Below, piece after piece: positions 48,673 to 60,700 of a stretch of 64,000 bases of DNA. Made by a program: the position numbers and the translations under genes. The notes under the pieces were generated by a model. That model had not been told where the DNA came from. It worked only from the letters and a program-made list of their open reading frames with translations, and did not search any database. The stretch's first letter is position 1. The number at the start of each line of letters is the position of its first letter. Source of the DNA: Minisyncoccota bacterium (lineage in GTDB: Bacteria; Patescibacteriota; Minisyncoccia; Phycocordibacterales; JAGLPS01); NCBI GenBank assembly GCA_023137185.1, contig JAGLPS010000006.1, forward strand, positions 683-64,682, in the 5' to 3' direction.

Positions 48673-48781
48673 ACAAATTTTAGCATACCATATCAAAGGC
48701 TAGCGAGGGTCTTTTGGCTATGCTAAAATGGGAAACCTGACGTATTGTTCAAAATTATTATTAACATAAATTTCTAACAGA

Positions 48782-49558
48782 ATGGATAATAAATTCACTA
48801 TACCTGGCGCAATAGTAATCGCGGGAGTATTGATTGCCGGAGCTATTTTACTCACTACCAATAAGGGCACTGAAAGTTCTTCAATTACTACGACAAAAGA
48901 AACAGACGAGACTGCCATTGCTGTTCGCGAGGTAAATTCACAGGACCACATATTGGGAAACCCCTCCGCAGACGCGATAGTTATTGAATTTTCTGATACG
49001 GAATGTCCATTCTGTGTGCAATTCCACACTACAATGCATACCGTAATGGATAATCTCGGAAAAGATGGAAAAGTTGCATGGGTATACCGTCATTTTCCTA
49101 TTCCACAATTGCATCCAAACGCGCCGAAAGAAGCAGAAGCGCTTGAGTGCGCCGCAGAACTTGGAGGAAATGAAAAATTCTGGGAATATACCGACACAAT
49201 TTATCGCATTACTCCGTCAAACAACGGACTCGACCTCGCGGAACTTCCCAAAATTGCCAAGACGATTGGTTTAGATACCACTCAATTTCAAGACTGCCTT
49301 GAAAGCGGAAAACACGCCGAAAGAGTACAGAGGGATTATCAGGATGCTATGACTGCGGGCGGAACAGGAAGTCCATTTTCAGTAATCATCTTGAAACAAA
49401 AACTCTCCCCCGCGTCCAAAAACACACTTGACTCAGTCGCCTCACAGCTTCCGAACAAGCTTCTTATCATCTCCTCCGACCAAAAGAGAATCTCAATAAG
49501 CGGCGCGCTTCCATACGAAATTTTTAGTGAGATTCTTAATGTAGCGCTCACTCGTTAG
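48782..49558 (+). CDS. DsbA/thioredoxin-fold membrane-anchored oxidoreductase
   Basis: N-terminal TM helix; EFSDTECPFC, YRHFP, GTGSP, GALPYE. Confidence 0.9.
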   Translation: MDNKFTIPGAIVIAGVLIAGAILLTTNKGTESSSITTTKETDETAIAVREVNSQDHILGNPSADAIVIEFSDTECPFCVQFHTTMHTVMDNLGKDGKVAWVYRHFPIPQLHPNAPKEAEALECAAELGGNEKFWEYTDTIYRITPSNNGLDLAELPKIAKTIGLDTTQFQDCLESGKHAERVQRDYQDAMTAGGTGSPFSVIILKQKLSPASKNTLDSVASQLPNKLLIISSDQKRISISGALPYEIFSEILNVALTR

Positions 49559-52500
49559 TATTCTTTAAGAATATCCTCTTCAAAATCAATTATTCCTTGC
49601 AGGTTCTTTTTGTAGTGGCTTATGTCAGGAAATTCAAGACACATAATTTTTTTGTATACCGCGCTGATAAGCGCTTTTGTCCTTTGGAACAATTCATCAT
49701 CTATTTCAAGAGAAAGTTCTTGAAACGTATTGCGTGACGGTTCCAAAAATTCAATAACTCCATTCCGCACTGAATAGTTGTGAAAATCCCGCGATTTCTC
49801 AACAAGAATTTTATAGAACGCAAGCTGGCGAGCGTATCCTCGTAGACGCAATTTTTCATAAACCGTTGTTCCTTTCCAATCGGAGTAGACCCGCCCTGTT
49901 TTAAAGTCGTGCACAATTATTTCTTTATTGGAAACAATCATTTTGTCTATTTTTCCGGAAAGCGGCACGTCATTTTCAACTACTCCTTGCCGTCTGAAAT
50001 TCACTTCTATAAGATGGTCGGAGTGAAATTTTTCTTTTTTGCGCGCGTAAAAAAGTGTAAGCGCTTTTTCGCCTCGTTGCTGTTCAATTCTAAAATCACG
50101 CGCGGAGAGACGTTCAGCAGAAAGAGCTTTCGTAAAAAAAGTGATGAATTTTTTAAGAGTGGGAATTTTTCCGTTTTTCCTTAAACTCCGATACAGTATT
50201 TCAACAGCTTTATGCATCGCCGTACCAAAAGCATTAGATGGAGTTTTCGCCTGCGGGAAACGCAACAGGTTTTGTTCAAGGAAAAATTGAGGGCCGCCAT
50301 GAAAGATATTAAGATAGTTATTCAAATGAGTGACACTCATCGTGTAATTTTCCAAAAGCGGCTTCAAAAGAGCTTTCTCGTCTTTGACAAAGACAGGCTG
50401 ATAAAATCTTTCTGGAGGACTAATTTGCCCTCCTTGTATCGCGCGTATGGAGGAGACGGAAAATGAAGAAGAAAGGAAACCAAGCGGAAACGTTTCTCTT
50501 CCGCGACTGTCGAAAGTGTGAGAGCAGAGATAGAGCATTCTTTTCGCGCGCGTCATCGCGACATAAAACAGGCGGATATAATCGTCATCGCTATCGGGAG
50601 ACGGAACTATTGAGAGATTTTTAGGAAAAGAAATCTTAAGTGCTCTTTCTTTTCCCGCCCATACCGACTCAAGGCAGTGAAGAACAAATACCGCTTCAAA
50701 CTCAAGCCCCTTTGCCTTGTGAGCAGTAAGAAGGGTAACCGCGTCTTTTCCCGTTACAAAAGGACTCTTGTCAGTAAGAATAATTCCGTTTTTCTGATGA
50801 AGGTCAACAAAAGAAATCAGGTCGTCAATTTTCAAAGGCAGTCCTTTTTTGTGTTCTCGCAGGGCGTCAATAAATACTCGGAGGCTTGAAAGGAAGACAA
50901 GATATTCAGCCCGATGTTCGGAAAACTTTTGAGAAGAAAAATAGTATTCTCTGAAAGGACTTGTAAATTTTTTTGTTTTTTTAGCCCGTAGGGGTTTTTC
51001 ATCGGCAGATTTTGGCAAAAGGGAGATATGAGAGCCAATTAGATCGTCGAGAATATATTCGAGCGGTTCTGAAAGAGAACGAACTGCGATATTAAGAAGA
51101 AACCGCGCGACTTCCTGAACTTTCGCGTTACGCGAGGCACGCATCACTTCAAGCCAGCGTTTCTCCTCTTTGTAAGCAGTAAGTGAAATTTCCCATATAG
51201 TTTCCCTTTGAATCCCCCAGAATGGGAAACTTAAAATTTCCGGAAGCAAATTATCCGCTTCTTGTATATTATTGCGTCCCACTGATGAAAGAAAGCGGGC
51301 AATGGTTATGAGCTCTTTAATATGGCGTTCCTTCAAGACATCTTGTTGGCGTTCATAGCTAACAGGAATTTTTCGGGCATATAGATACGGAGCAAGACGT
51401 TCAAGAAAAACGTGCTTCCGCCCGATAACAGCTATATTTTTAAAGGGCGTTCCTTTTGCGGAAAGACGCTGTATTTCTTCGGCAACAAATGTATACTCCT
51501 CCGCGCTTCCTTCAAATGCGGAGTACGCGATTTTTCCTTTTGCGGACGTAGAAGAAATAAGTGCTTTACTAATTGACGGAATTATATTTTCGAGCCGTTC
51601 TTCCCCTTTCTTGATAACAGAAAGGGACGCGTCAAGAATATCCGGAGTTGAACGATAATTGAGCATTAACGTAATAATACGGGGGTCGCGGACACTCCCA
51701 ATAAAACGAACAAAATTTCCCATTTCCGCTCCTTGAAATTTAAAAATTGCCTGGTCATCATCTCCTACCACCATCACATTAGGTCTTCCTTCGTTAACCG
51801 GCGCGTCAATCAAAAGAGAAAGAAGCCTCATTTGGGCATCGTTCGTATCTTGAAATTCATCTACAAGAATATACTGATATGTTTCCTGCAATTCAGAAAG
51901 AAGCGACTGATTTTTTGTAAACGCCGAGATCGTCTGGAGAAGCATATCATCAAAGTCATAGTAACCATTACAGTACATCTTTTCATTGTAATCGCGATAT
52001 ACCTCCTGCAAAGCGTAGAGTATGGGTAATGAGAGAAAGTTTTTTAGCACTCGTTTTTCCTCTTTATCCTTGCTTGTCCATGAACTTTTCCACGCGGATA
52101 GCGCTTGCGTACCGCTATGTTCCGCTTCGGCTAACGCTTTTGCAAGTGAGTGAAAAAACACATATTCATACAGAGGAACTTTTCCAAGCCCGAAATCGCG
52201 TGTCTTTTTAAAAGGAGGGATGTGTTTTTTAAGATAACTGATGTCTTTCTTAGTAATACGAGCAGAAAGATGTTTTGTTAAAAAATTATTGATTTTTTTA
52301 AAAGACTTCTCATTTTCCGAAAGTAAAACTTTAAAATCTTCCGGGGTCAAGCCTGCTTTTTTTAAATAACCAATGGCCGAATGTACCGCTGGAAGATAAA
52401 TATAACCCTGTTCGGGGTGTTCTTTTTTAATGGGGTTGTCGCGAGAAAGATTATCAAAAAGAGTTTGAAGAACTTCGCGCTGAACAATTACATCTGCCGG

Positions 52501-52854
52501 AGAAAGGTTCGCGCCATCATAAAAATATTCAGGGAAACGCTCAATTATATCCACACTAAAATTATGGAACGTATGAATCGGCACGCGATACGCGCTGTCT
52601 CCGATAAGCCCATATAAACGCTTGCGCATCGCAACAGCTCCAGAATCAGTAAAGGTAAGACAAAGCACATTTTGCGGTCGCGCGTCAGTGGAGCAAATAA
52701 TATTCGCAACCCGTAGACTTAAAAGCTCCGTCTTTCCGCTTCCAGGTCCCGCAATCACAACGACAGGTCCTTCTATTGCGTTGACTGCCTCTTTTTGAGC
52801 TTTGTTGAGAGCTAAAAATCGCTTTTTAAATTTGGTCTCAAAGGAAGAGGGCAT
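49555..52854 (-). CDS. UvrD/PcrA-like helicase with C-terminal PD-(D/E)XK nuclease
   Basis: AGPGSGKT, VDEFQD, VGDDDQAI, NYRS, TAHKAKGLEF, YVAMTRA, GKIDK...DFKTG. Confidence 0.92.
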   Translation of the reverse strand: MPSSFETKFKKRFLALNKAQKEAVNAIEGPVVVIAGPGSGKTELLSLRVANIICSTDARPQNVLCLTFTDSGAVAMRKRLYGLIGDSAYRVPIHTFHNFSVDIIERFPEYFYDGANLSPADVIVQREVLQTLFDNLSRDNPIKKEHPEQGYIYLPAVHSAIGYLKKAGLTPEDFKVLLSENEKSFKKINNFLTKHLSARITKKDISYLKKHIPPFKKTRDFGLGKVPLYEYVFFHSLAKALAEAEHSGTQALSAWKSSWTSKDKEEKRVLKNFLSLPILYALQEVYRDYNEKMYCNGYYDFDDMLLQTISAFTKNQSLLSELQETYQYILVDEFQDTNDAQMRLLSLLIDAPVNEGRPNVMVVGDDDQAIFKFQGAEMGNFVRFIGSVRDPRIITLMLNYRSTPDILDASLSVIKKGEERLENIIPSISKALISSTSAKGKIAYSAFEGSAEEYTFVAEEIQRLSAKGTPFKNIAVIGRKHVFLERLAPYLYARKIPVSYERQQDVLKERHIKELITIARFLSSVGRNNIQEADNLLPEILSFPFWGIQRETIWEISLTAYKEEKRWLEVMRASRNAKVQEVARFLLNIAVRSLSEPLEYILDDLIGSHISLLPKSADEKPLRAKKTKKFTSPFREYYFSSQKFSEHRAEYLVFLSSLRVFIDALREHKKGLPLKIDDLISFVDLHQKNGIILTDKSPFVTGKDAVTLLTAHKAKGLEFEAVFVLHCLESVWAGKERALKISFPKNLSIVPSPDSDDDYIRLFYVAMTRAKRMLYLCSHTFDSRGRETFPLGFLSSSFSVSSIRAIQGGQISPPERFYQPVFVKDEKALLKPLLENYTMSVTHLNNYLNIFHGGPQFFLEQNLLRFPQAKTPSNAFGTAMHKAVEILYRSLRKNGKIPTLKKFITFFTKALSAERLSARDFRIEQQRGEKALTLFYARKKEKFHSDHLIEVNFRRQGVVENDVPLSGKIDKMIVSNKEIIVHDFKTGRVYSDWKGTTVYEKLRLRGYARQLAFYKILVEKSRDFHNYSVRNGVIEFLEPSRNTFQELSLEIDDELFQRTKALISAVYKKIMCLEFPDISHYKKNLQGIIDFEEDILKEY

Positions 52855-53073
52855 TTGAGAGTGATTATACCTTTCGTAGACAGATTGGCATACCCCCACA
52901 CCTGTCTTGACACAGTATCTTGTCGTTTCTGTACTTGGAATCGCCAACTTGGAAGCTCGGCTTCCAAGTTGGCGATTCAAGTTAAAAATTTGACAAAAAG
53001 GATATCTATGCTATTTTTGTGGAAGATAAATAATAATCAAGTCCTTTAAAAACCATTGAAAAGGAGAGTCGCG

Positions 53074-53549
53074 ATGGATACTGTAATTGGTAATTTGGAT
53101 ACTTTGAATCTGGATTTAGAAGATGAGAAAACGATAAAATACCTGATTGGACGTTGTAAGTCAGAGGAGGATTTTAGGAGACTGGATGGGCAAACTCCGT
53201 CTGGTTCAGAAGCCGAGAAAAAAGTCAGGGAGGCGTGGGATGAGTTCATTCTGCCTGAAATTGAGGAGCGAATCTCAAATTGTAAGTCAGTAGAGGATTT
53301 CAAGGAGCTAGATAGACAAACTCCATCTGGTTTAGAAGCTGAGAGAAAAGTAAGGGAGGCAAGGGAAAAGTTCTTTCTGCTTGAAATTGAAAACTGCTTG
53401 AACTTGAAAAGAAAATCTCAAATTGCAAGTCAGTGGAGGACTTTGAGAGGCTAGAAAGCCAAACTCCGCTTAATCCAGAAGCCAGGAAAAAGGTCAGGGA
53501 GGCGTGGCAAGCATTCGTAAAATCTGAAATTCAGAAAACCATCGTTTAG
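53074..53549 (+). pseudogene. Helical repeat protein, copy 2, frameshifted by a 17-bp tandem duplication
   Basis: CTGCTTGAAATTGAAAA/CTGCTTGAACTTGAAAA at 53377-53410; ISNCKSVEDF...KSEIQKTIV* continues in another frame. Confidence 0.8.
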
Positions 53550-53886
53550 ACTCTTAATTAAAACTCAAAAGCGGGCAAGGATATAATCCTGCCCGCTTTT
53601 TATAATCAGAAAACTTTGCAGGTCAAGACAAGAAAGCACTTCGTTTTGGACACTGAGTGTCCAAAAACCCAAATTACACCACACTTGGAAGTTGAGCTTC
53701 CAAGTTGGTCGCTTCCAAGAGCGTAATTGATTTCATAAGAAATGCTTAATTGAAACACAATTTAACTAAATATAAATTGAAATTGAACTCACGGAAAAAA
53801 GGTTTGACAAAAAGGATATCTATGCTATTTTTGTGGAAGATAAAGAACACTCAAGCTCTTTAAAACTACTAAAAAGGAGAGTCGCG

Positions 53887-54351
53887 ATGGATATTGTAGT
53901 TGGGAATTTGGATACTTTGAATCTGGATTTAAAAGATGAGAAAACGATAAAATACCTGATTGGGCGTTGCAAGTCAGTAGAAGATTTCAAGAGGCTGGAT
54001 AGTCAAATTCCGCTTTGGTCAGAAGCCAGAAAAAAAGTCAGGGAGGCGCGGGATGAGTTTGTTAGCAAATTGCCTGAAATTGAAGAACGAATCTCAAATT
54101 GCAAGTCAGTGGAGGACTTTGAGAGACTAGAAAGCCAAACTCAATTTGGTTCAGAAGCTGAGAAAAAGGTCAGGGAGGCGTGGAATAAGTTCATTCTGCC
54201 TGAAATTGAAAAGAAAATCTTAAATTGCAAGTCAGTGGAAGATTTCAGGAGGCTGGATAGCCAAACTCCACTTTGGTTAGAAGCTTGGAGAAAAGTCAGG
54301 GAGGCGTGGCGAACATTCGTAAAATCTGAAATTCAGAAAACCATCGTTTAG
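53887..54351 (+). CDS. Helical repeat protein, copy 3
   Basis: Same N-terminus, repeats, promoter (TTGACA at 53804) and terminator as copies 1 and 2. Confidence 0.8.
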   Translation: MDIVVGNLDTLNLDLKDEKTIKYLIGRCKSVEDFKRLDSQIPLWSEARKKVREARDEFVSKLPEIEERISNCKSVEDFERLESQTQFGSEAEKKVREAWNKFILPEIEKKILNCKSVEDFRRLDSQTPLWLEAWRKVREAWRTFVKSEIQKTIV

Positions 54352-54652
54352 ACTCTTAACTAAAACTTGAAAGCGGGCAAGGATGTAATCCTGCCCGCTT
54401 TTTTTTGACGAAAAGATTTGATGAAAAGACCTCTCCGTCCAAATCTTTTCTACCCTTTCTTTCTCTAATCTCTAATTCGCGCGAATAGGAGAATAGATTA
54501 GAGAGTTGCTATCAATGTTTTTTTGTTGTTAGTTAAGTGTTATAAGTTTTTTTATTATCGAGTATTATCGAGGTTCAACCTCGATAATACTCGATAATAC
54601 AATAATTAGTTAGATGGATAAGGTTTTTGCATTCCTAATTTCTTTCTAATTT

Positions 54653-55876
54653 CTAATAATAATTTCGCAAACGGTTGATTTTTTTGTGCTGGCGGATTTT
54701 TTCGTGTGCTTTTGCTTCGATTTGTCTAATACGCTCTCTAGTAACGCCAAACTCCTTTCCAACTTCTTCTAGTGTGTGCGTTACGCCATCTGAAAGTCCG
54801 TGCCGCATTTCAAGAATTCTGCGTTCTTTTTGCGGAAGTTGGTCTAAAATTTCTTGTACCTGATCGGCAACAATGCGACGGGAAGTTTCTTCTTCCGGAG
54901 AAAGGAGGTGGTCATCAGCCACAAAGTCTCCGAGAACGGATTTCCCTTCGTCCCCTTCGTCCCCTACCGGACTTTCAAGAGAAACAGTATTCTGGTCAAT
55001 TTTTTCAATATTATAAATTTTTTCAACGTCAAGGTTCATTTCAGTCGCAATTTCTTCCGGAAGCGGGTCGCGTCCCAACTCCTGTGAGAGTCTCCGTACC
55101 ACCTGTTTATACTTGGCGATAGTCTCAACCATATGAACCGGTACGCGAATTGTCCGCGATTGGTCGGCAAGCGCTCGTGTAATCGCCTGTCGAATCCACC
55201 ATGTCGCGTAAGTGCTAAATTTATATCCTTTTGTCCAGTCAAACTTGTCTACCGCTTTAAAAAGGCCGAGGTTTCCTTCCTGAATCAAATCAAGGAGTGT
55301 CAGGTCAGGACTGCGTCCGACATATTTTTTCGCGATTGAAACGACAAGACGAAGATTTGAACGCGCGAGCAAATTTTTCGCTTCTTCATCTCCTGCCTCA
55401 ATACGTTTCGCAAGTTCCTTCTCCTCGGAACCGGAAATGAGCGGATATTGCCCGATTTCTTTTAGATACATTTGAATAGAGTCAAAATTTCCACTGTCTT
55501 GTCCCGCCCCGTACTTTTTTGATTCAGTCTCCTTTTCAGAATCAAGAAGATTTCCCCCTTCAAGCACGTCAATACCAGTTGTATTGAGCTTGTCGTACAA
55601 TTCGTCGAGAAGACTAACATTATTCTCAACAGTCGGAAATTCTTTGAGAATTTCATCGTATGTTACAAAACCTCGCGCTCGCCCTTTAGCAATAATTAAA
55701 TTTACCTTCTCATCAAGAGAAAGTTTTTTTTCAAGAGTTTTAGCAGAAATTCGCACTACTTTTTTGCGTTTAATCACAGGACGAGTTTTTGTCCTCGACT
55801 GTTTTGATACGACGCTCTTTTTCACCTTTGAAGACTTACGCGCGATTTTTTTCTTTTTTTTCTTCTGTGTTGACAT
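54653..55876 (-). CDS. rpoD: Primary sigma factor (RpoD/SigA) with Lys-rich N-terminus
   Basis: Region 1.1, [51 protein letters not shown]. Confidence 0.96.
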   Translation of the reverse strand: MSTQKKKKKKIARKSSKVKKSVVSKQSRTKTRPVIKRKKVVRISAKTLEKKLSLDEKVNLIIAKGRARGFVTYDEILKEFPTVENNVSLLDELYDKLNTTGIDVLEGGNLLDSEKETESKKYGAGQDSGNFDSIQMYLKEIGQYPLISGSEEKELAKRIEAGDEEAKNLLARSNLRLVVSIAKKYVGRSPDLTLLDLIQEGNLGLFKAVDKFDWTKGYKFSTYATWWIRQAITRALADQSRTIRVPVHMVETIAKYKQVVRRLSQELGRDPLPEEIATEMNLDVEKIYNIEKIDQNTVSLESPVGDEGDEGKSVLGDFVADDHLLSPEEETSRRIVADQVQEILDQLPQKERRILEMRHGLSDGVTHTLEEVGKEFGVTRERIRQIEAKAHEKIRQHKKINRLRNYY

Positions 55877-55921
55877 AATAAAAATTTATTTATACATAAT
55901 TAAATACTGCCTGCAAGCGAG

Positions 55922-57637
55922 TTACAATTCTCGTCCGAGAGCATCAATTGTCTTTCGGGTTTCAAAACATTTTTTAAGAATTTCTTGAAATACTTCCTCA
56001 TCATCCCCTTTTTCAGCTTCCTTGAGAAGACGTCCCAGATTTTCGTACTCGTTTTTTAAGAAATCATACAAAACGCGTGTCACGAGACAGTCAGCATCAC
56101 TCTTTTTTATTTTCCCTCCATCATATAACTCTGCGGTCTTGATAAGAAGTATCTCTTTCTTCTTGAGAGCTGTATCGTAAAGTTCTTCCCATTTTTTCTC
56201 TCCAAGGCTAGCAACAATTTTATCACGAATCTCTTCTGAAAGTTTTTTTGATGTTTCTTCTTCAAGAAGAAAATATGCGCCCATCAAAAAATCAGATGGG
56301 GAAAGGCGCAATTCTTTTACTGAAGGTTTTGTTTTCATTGAAAGCTCGTGGACTTTTGCTTTCTTTAAATCCTCCCACAACGCACTTTCTTTAATTCCAG
56401 TCTTATCGGAAATCTTTTGTATGAAATGTGACTGTTCAATCGCGCTGTGCAAAAGGCGAATGTACGGAAGCAGCTTGTTTTTAATGTCATTTCCGAGCGA
56501 GCGGGGTGAAGAAGAAGCCGCGACAATTTTCTCTAGATAAAAATCAATTAGGTGCTGCGAGTTTTTAAGCGCTTCAATCCATTCTTGAGAATTCTTTCGG
56601 ATAAGGTCAGCGGGATCGTTTCCGCTTGGAAGAGAAGCCACTTTTATTTCCATCCCGAGAGAGAGCGCAAGGTCAGCACCGCGAAGTGAAGCAGACACGC
56701 CAGCATTATCAGGGTCAAATGCCATAATAATCCGATTCGAAACCTTCTGAAGAATTTTGAGGTGATTGGTAGTAAGCGCTGTCCCCGATGTCGCGACCGT
56801 GTTTGTTACCCCTACCTGATGTGATAAACAAAGATCCATTTGCCCTTCTACAAGAACAGCGAAATTCATTTTCCGAATAGCTGTTTTGGCAATGTTAAGA
56901 CCATAAAGAGTTTCTGATTTGTTGAAAAACAAACTGTCTGGACTGTTAAGATACTTGGGTCCCTTATTATCTGTATGTAACACCCTTCCAGAAAAGGCAA
57001 TTATTCTTCCGGCGGTATCTTTAATCGGAAAGATTATTCTATCGCGAAATGTATCATAGAAGTTTTCTTCCCCACTTCGCTGAACTGAGACAGACTCCCC
57101 TTTTTTTATGAGCCCCACTCGCGCGATTTCCGCAGTCGTATATTTCTTTGCAAGAAGAAATTCATAGAGATTTCGCCACGCATCTGGCGCATATCCAATA
57201 CGAAAAAGACGAACTGTTCCCATCTGTACTCCTCTGTTTTCAATATACTTCTGCGCTTCCGTGGATGAGTTAAAGTTTTTTTCAAAAAATCGCACCGCTT
57301 CTTCAAGCACAACATATAAACGGTCGCGCTCAGAGCGTTTCTCCTGTGATTCATACACAAGCGGCACACCAGCGCGCTCCGCGAGAATCTTCAACGCTCC
57401 TTCAAAATCCACACCGTCCATTTCCTGCACAAAAGTAAAAATGTCACCACCCCTTCCTGATGAGAAACAGTAGAAAAGACCTTTTTCGGGAGAAACAAAA
57501 AACGACGGAGTTTTTTCACTCGTAAAAGGCGAGATCCCTTTGTAGTGCCGTCCCGCTTTTTGCAGTTTGACGTAGGAGCCAATAACCTCCACGATATCAA
57601 GCCGCTCTTTTATTTTGTCTACTGTGGAAGAGGGCAT
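55922..57637 (-). CDS. dnaG: DNA primase
   Basis: PF..EKTPSF, FRDRIIFPI, KYLNSP, VEGQMD, FD.D.AG, DPAD. Confidence 0.96.
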   Translation of the reverse strand: MPSSTVDKIKERLDIVEVIGSYVKLQKAGRHYKGISPFTSEKTPSFFVSPEKGLFYCFSSGRGGDIFTFVQEMDGVDFEGALKILAERAGVPLVYESQEKRSERDRLYVVLEEAVRFFEKNFNSSTEAQKYIENRGVQMGTVRLFRIGYAPDAWRNLYEFLLAKKYTTAEIARVGLIKKGESVSVQRSGEENFYDTFRDRIIFPIKDTAGRIIAFSGRVLHTDNKGPKYLNSPDSLFFNKSETLYGLNIAKTAIRKMNFAVLVEGQMDLCLSHQVGVTNTVATSGTALTTNHLKILQKVSNRIIMAFDPDNAGVSASLRGADLALSLGMEIKVASLPSGNDPADLIRKNSQEWIEALKNSQHLIDFYLEKIVAASSSPRSLGNDIKNKLLPYIRLLHSAIEQSHFIQKISDKTGIKESALWEDLKKAKVHELSMKTKPSVKELRLSPSDFLMGAYFLLEEETSKKLSEEIRDKIVASLGEKKWEELYDTALKKKEILLIKTAELYDGGKIKKSDADCLVTRVLYDFLKNEYENLGRLLKEAEKGDDEEVFQEILKKCFETRKTIDALGREL

Positions 57638-57796
57638 TTTATCCGCTTACCCGCCAAAATTTTTAAGAAAGGATTTAAACGGGCAAGAATTTTTAGGATT
57701 CAGGAAACTATATAGCGTCCTTTGTGATTAATTTCGACTCTATCTTGTTTTTAGCCGTTGCTCTTAAGCAAACAGACTGGTTCTCTTCTTGGAAAA

Positions 57797-60700
57797 TTAT
57801 TTCTCTTCGGCAAAGGGTTTTGCGTTAAAATTACTCTGCAATTGATGAATCTTTTCAGCCTTCGGACTTCCTTCTATACCAGTTCCGGCTGGAATAAGCC
57901 GCCCAATAATGACATTTTCCATAAGACCCACAAGTTCATCCTCTTTCCCTCGTATTGCCGAATCAATAAGCACCCGTGTTGTATGCTGAAATGAAGCCGC
58001 CGCGAGAAAACTTTTCTTTGAAAGCGAAACTTCAGTAATTCCCATTACCACAGGTACAGTTTTTGCCTCTGGTTCTCCCACCTCTTTGGCTTTTTCGTTT
58101 TCTCGAAAAAGCACAAATGTATCTACAATGTCCCCCGCTGAAAGCGCAGTGCCCCCCGCGTTCTTTACTTTGCGCCGCGAAAACATTTGACGAATAATCA
58201 CTTCGATATGCTTTCGGGACACGCTTTCTCCCTGTAATTCATACGGTTTGTTGATTTCGCGAATAATATAGCGTTCCGCTGCTTCCCTTCCGCCATAACG
58301 GAACAACTCCTCTATCATAGCTGAACCGTCGGTGAGCAATTCTCCTTTTTTCACAACTTGCCCTGATTTTACTAAAATCATTCGGTGACGGTTAACTAAA
58401 TATTCGACTTCGCTTTCTTTCTTCCCCTTGCTTCCACCTTCAGGCAATATGACAATTATTCTGTCTTTACCAGTTTCTTTGATTTCAGACACAACTCCGT
58501 CAAGACGGCATATAACAGCAGGATTTTTCGGTTTGCGTTTTTCAAATACCTCTTCAACACGCGGGAGACCAGCGGTAATATCTCCGCCAACTGACGCGGT
58601 ACCCCCCGCATGGAATGTTCTCATAGTAAGCTGTGTTCCTGGTTCACCAATAGCTTGAGCTGCAATTGTCCCAATCGCTTCACCAATTGCAATCGGTTTG
58701 TTATTCCCAAGGTCAGCTCCATAACATTTAACGCAGACGCCCTGAAGACTCTTGCAAGTCAGAGGCGAGCGAACACGCACAGATGTAATTCCGGCAGTTT
58801 CAATCGTCTGGGCTTCGTTTTTTGTTAAGTAGTGATCGCATTTGAAAAGTATTTCTCCTTTTTCACTTTTCACGTCTTCGGCAAGAAAACGCCCTTTAAT
58901 ACTTCCAACAATTGAAAGATCCATTCCCGATGCCGTTTCTTTTTCAACCAAAACTCCTTCTTTGGTACCACAATTTTCCTCCGTTACAATAACGTCTTGG
59001 GCAACAACAAAGAGTTTACGTGTTAAATATCCAGCTTTTGCGGTGTTGAGCGCGGTATCGGTCAAACCTTTTCGTGAACCGTGCGTCGTAATGAAATATT
59101 CAATTGAAGTAAGACCTTCCAAAATTGAAGAGACAATCGGGAAATCAATCGTTTCCCCCGCGGTATTCTGAATAAGACCTTTCATACCCGCCATTTGGGT
59201 AAAGTTTCCAAGTGAACCACGAGCGCCAGATTTCCACATATCGTAAACCGAGCTTCCTTTTTCAAGTGTTTCGGGAATAAGATTCTCAATTTCATTTTTT
59301 GTTCCGTGCCAAATTTCAATGTCTTTGCGAAAACGCTCGTCTTTTGAAATAAGACCCATTTTGTACTGCCCAAGTATTTCTTCTGTTTTTATTTTGGCTT
59401 TAGCGACAATTTCTTTTTTTTGTTCTGGGACACGGATATCATCAATTCCCCATGTAAAACCGGCATAGGTCGCATACTTAAATCCAAAAGATTTAATCTT
59501 GTCCATTATGGATGGAATGTTTTCAATACCACAATGTTCAATAAGGCTATCTACAAGCGCAGCCATTTTCTTTCTTTCGATCTCCTCGTTGATATATTGA
59601 TAATCAGATGGCAATACGGTATTAAAGAGAAGCCGTCCAACAGTAGTTTCGAATATCTTTCCCTCAAAAGCTTTGTACTTAGCTTTTTCAGTCGGAAGCA
59701 CTTTTATCGGGGTACGGAAACCTATTTCACCAAAGTTATAAGCTGTAATAGCGCTATTTGGACTTGAGAAATATTTGCCTTCTCCTTTTTCGCCAGAAAT
59801 TTTTGTTGTCATCCAATAACAGCCGAGTACAATATCAAGCATTTTTGCCGAAACAATCGGATTTCCGCTTCCAGGTTTCAGAATGTTTTTGTTGGACGCC
59901 ATAATTTCACGCGCCTCCATTTGGGCTTCTTCCGAGAGGGGCACATGAACCGCCATCTGGTCTCCATCGAAGTCGGCGTTGAAGGCGGTACAAACAAGCG
60001 GGTGAACCTGAATAGCGTTACCTTCAATCAAAACCGGTCTAAACGCCTGAATTGAAAGGCGATGAAGAGTCGGCGCGCGGTTCAAAAGCACATGTCTGTC
60101 TTTTATAACATCTTCAAGAATTGCCCACACTTCCGGAATTCCTTCTTCAATAAGACGATTTGCCCCACGAATGTTATATGCGAGTTCCTGGTCAAGAAGC
60201 TTTGAGATTACAAATGGCTTGAACAATTCAAGCGCCATATGCTTGGGTAAACCGCACTCATCCATTTTAAGTTCTGGTCCGACAACAATTACTGAACGCC
60301 CAGAGTAATCCACGCGCTTACCTAAAAGATTTTGTCGAAACAAACCACGTTTACTTTTGAGATTGTCGGCAAGCGATTTGAGAGGGCGGCGTTGTGCTTG
60401 ATTAACCGCGGAAGATGTAGAGCCATGACGAATCGAGTTATCTAAAAGCGCGTCAACTGCTTCCTGTAGAATTCTTTTTTCGTTTCGAAGGATAACGTCC
60501 GGCGCGTTAATGTCCTTGAGTTTTTTCAGGCGATTGTTCCGGTTAATGACACGTCGATAGAGATCGTTCACGTCAGAGGTCGCGTATCGTCCCCCATCCA
60601 ATGGAACCATTGGACGAAGTGCTGGAGGAATAACAGGAATCGTCGTCAAAAACATCCATTCCGGACGCACACAAGCTTTTATCATCGAATGAATGAGAGA

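Noticed and set aside
52855-52980. N-terminal extensions of UvrD, and likewise of GH63 (39143-39214) and YvcK (40649-40774), in the ORF track
   Set aside because: They translate intergenic palindromes or overlap the neighbouring gene; downstream starts fit the protein families better.
46975-54351. Diversity-generating retroelement (TR/VR) explanation for the three repeat-protein copies
   Set aside because: No reverse transcriptase in the window, differences are not confined to adenines, and whole promoter-gene-terminator units are duplicated.
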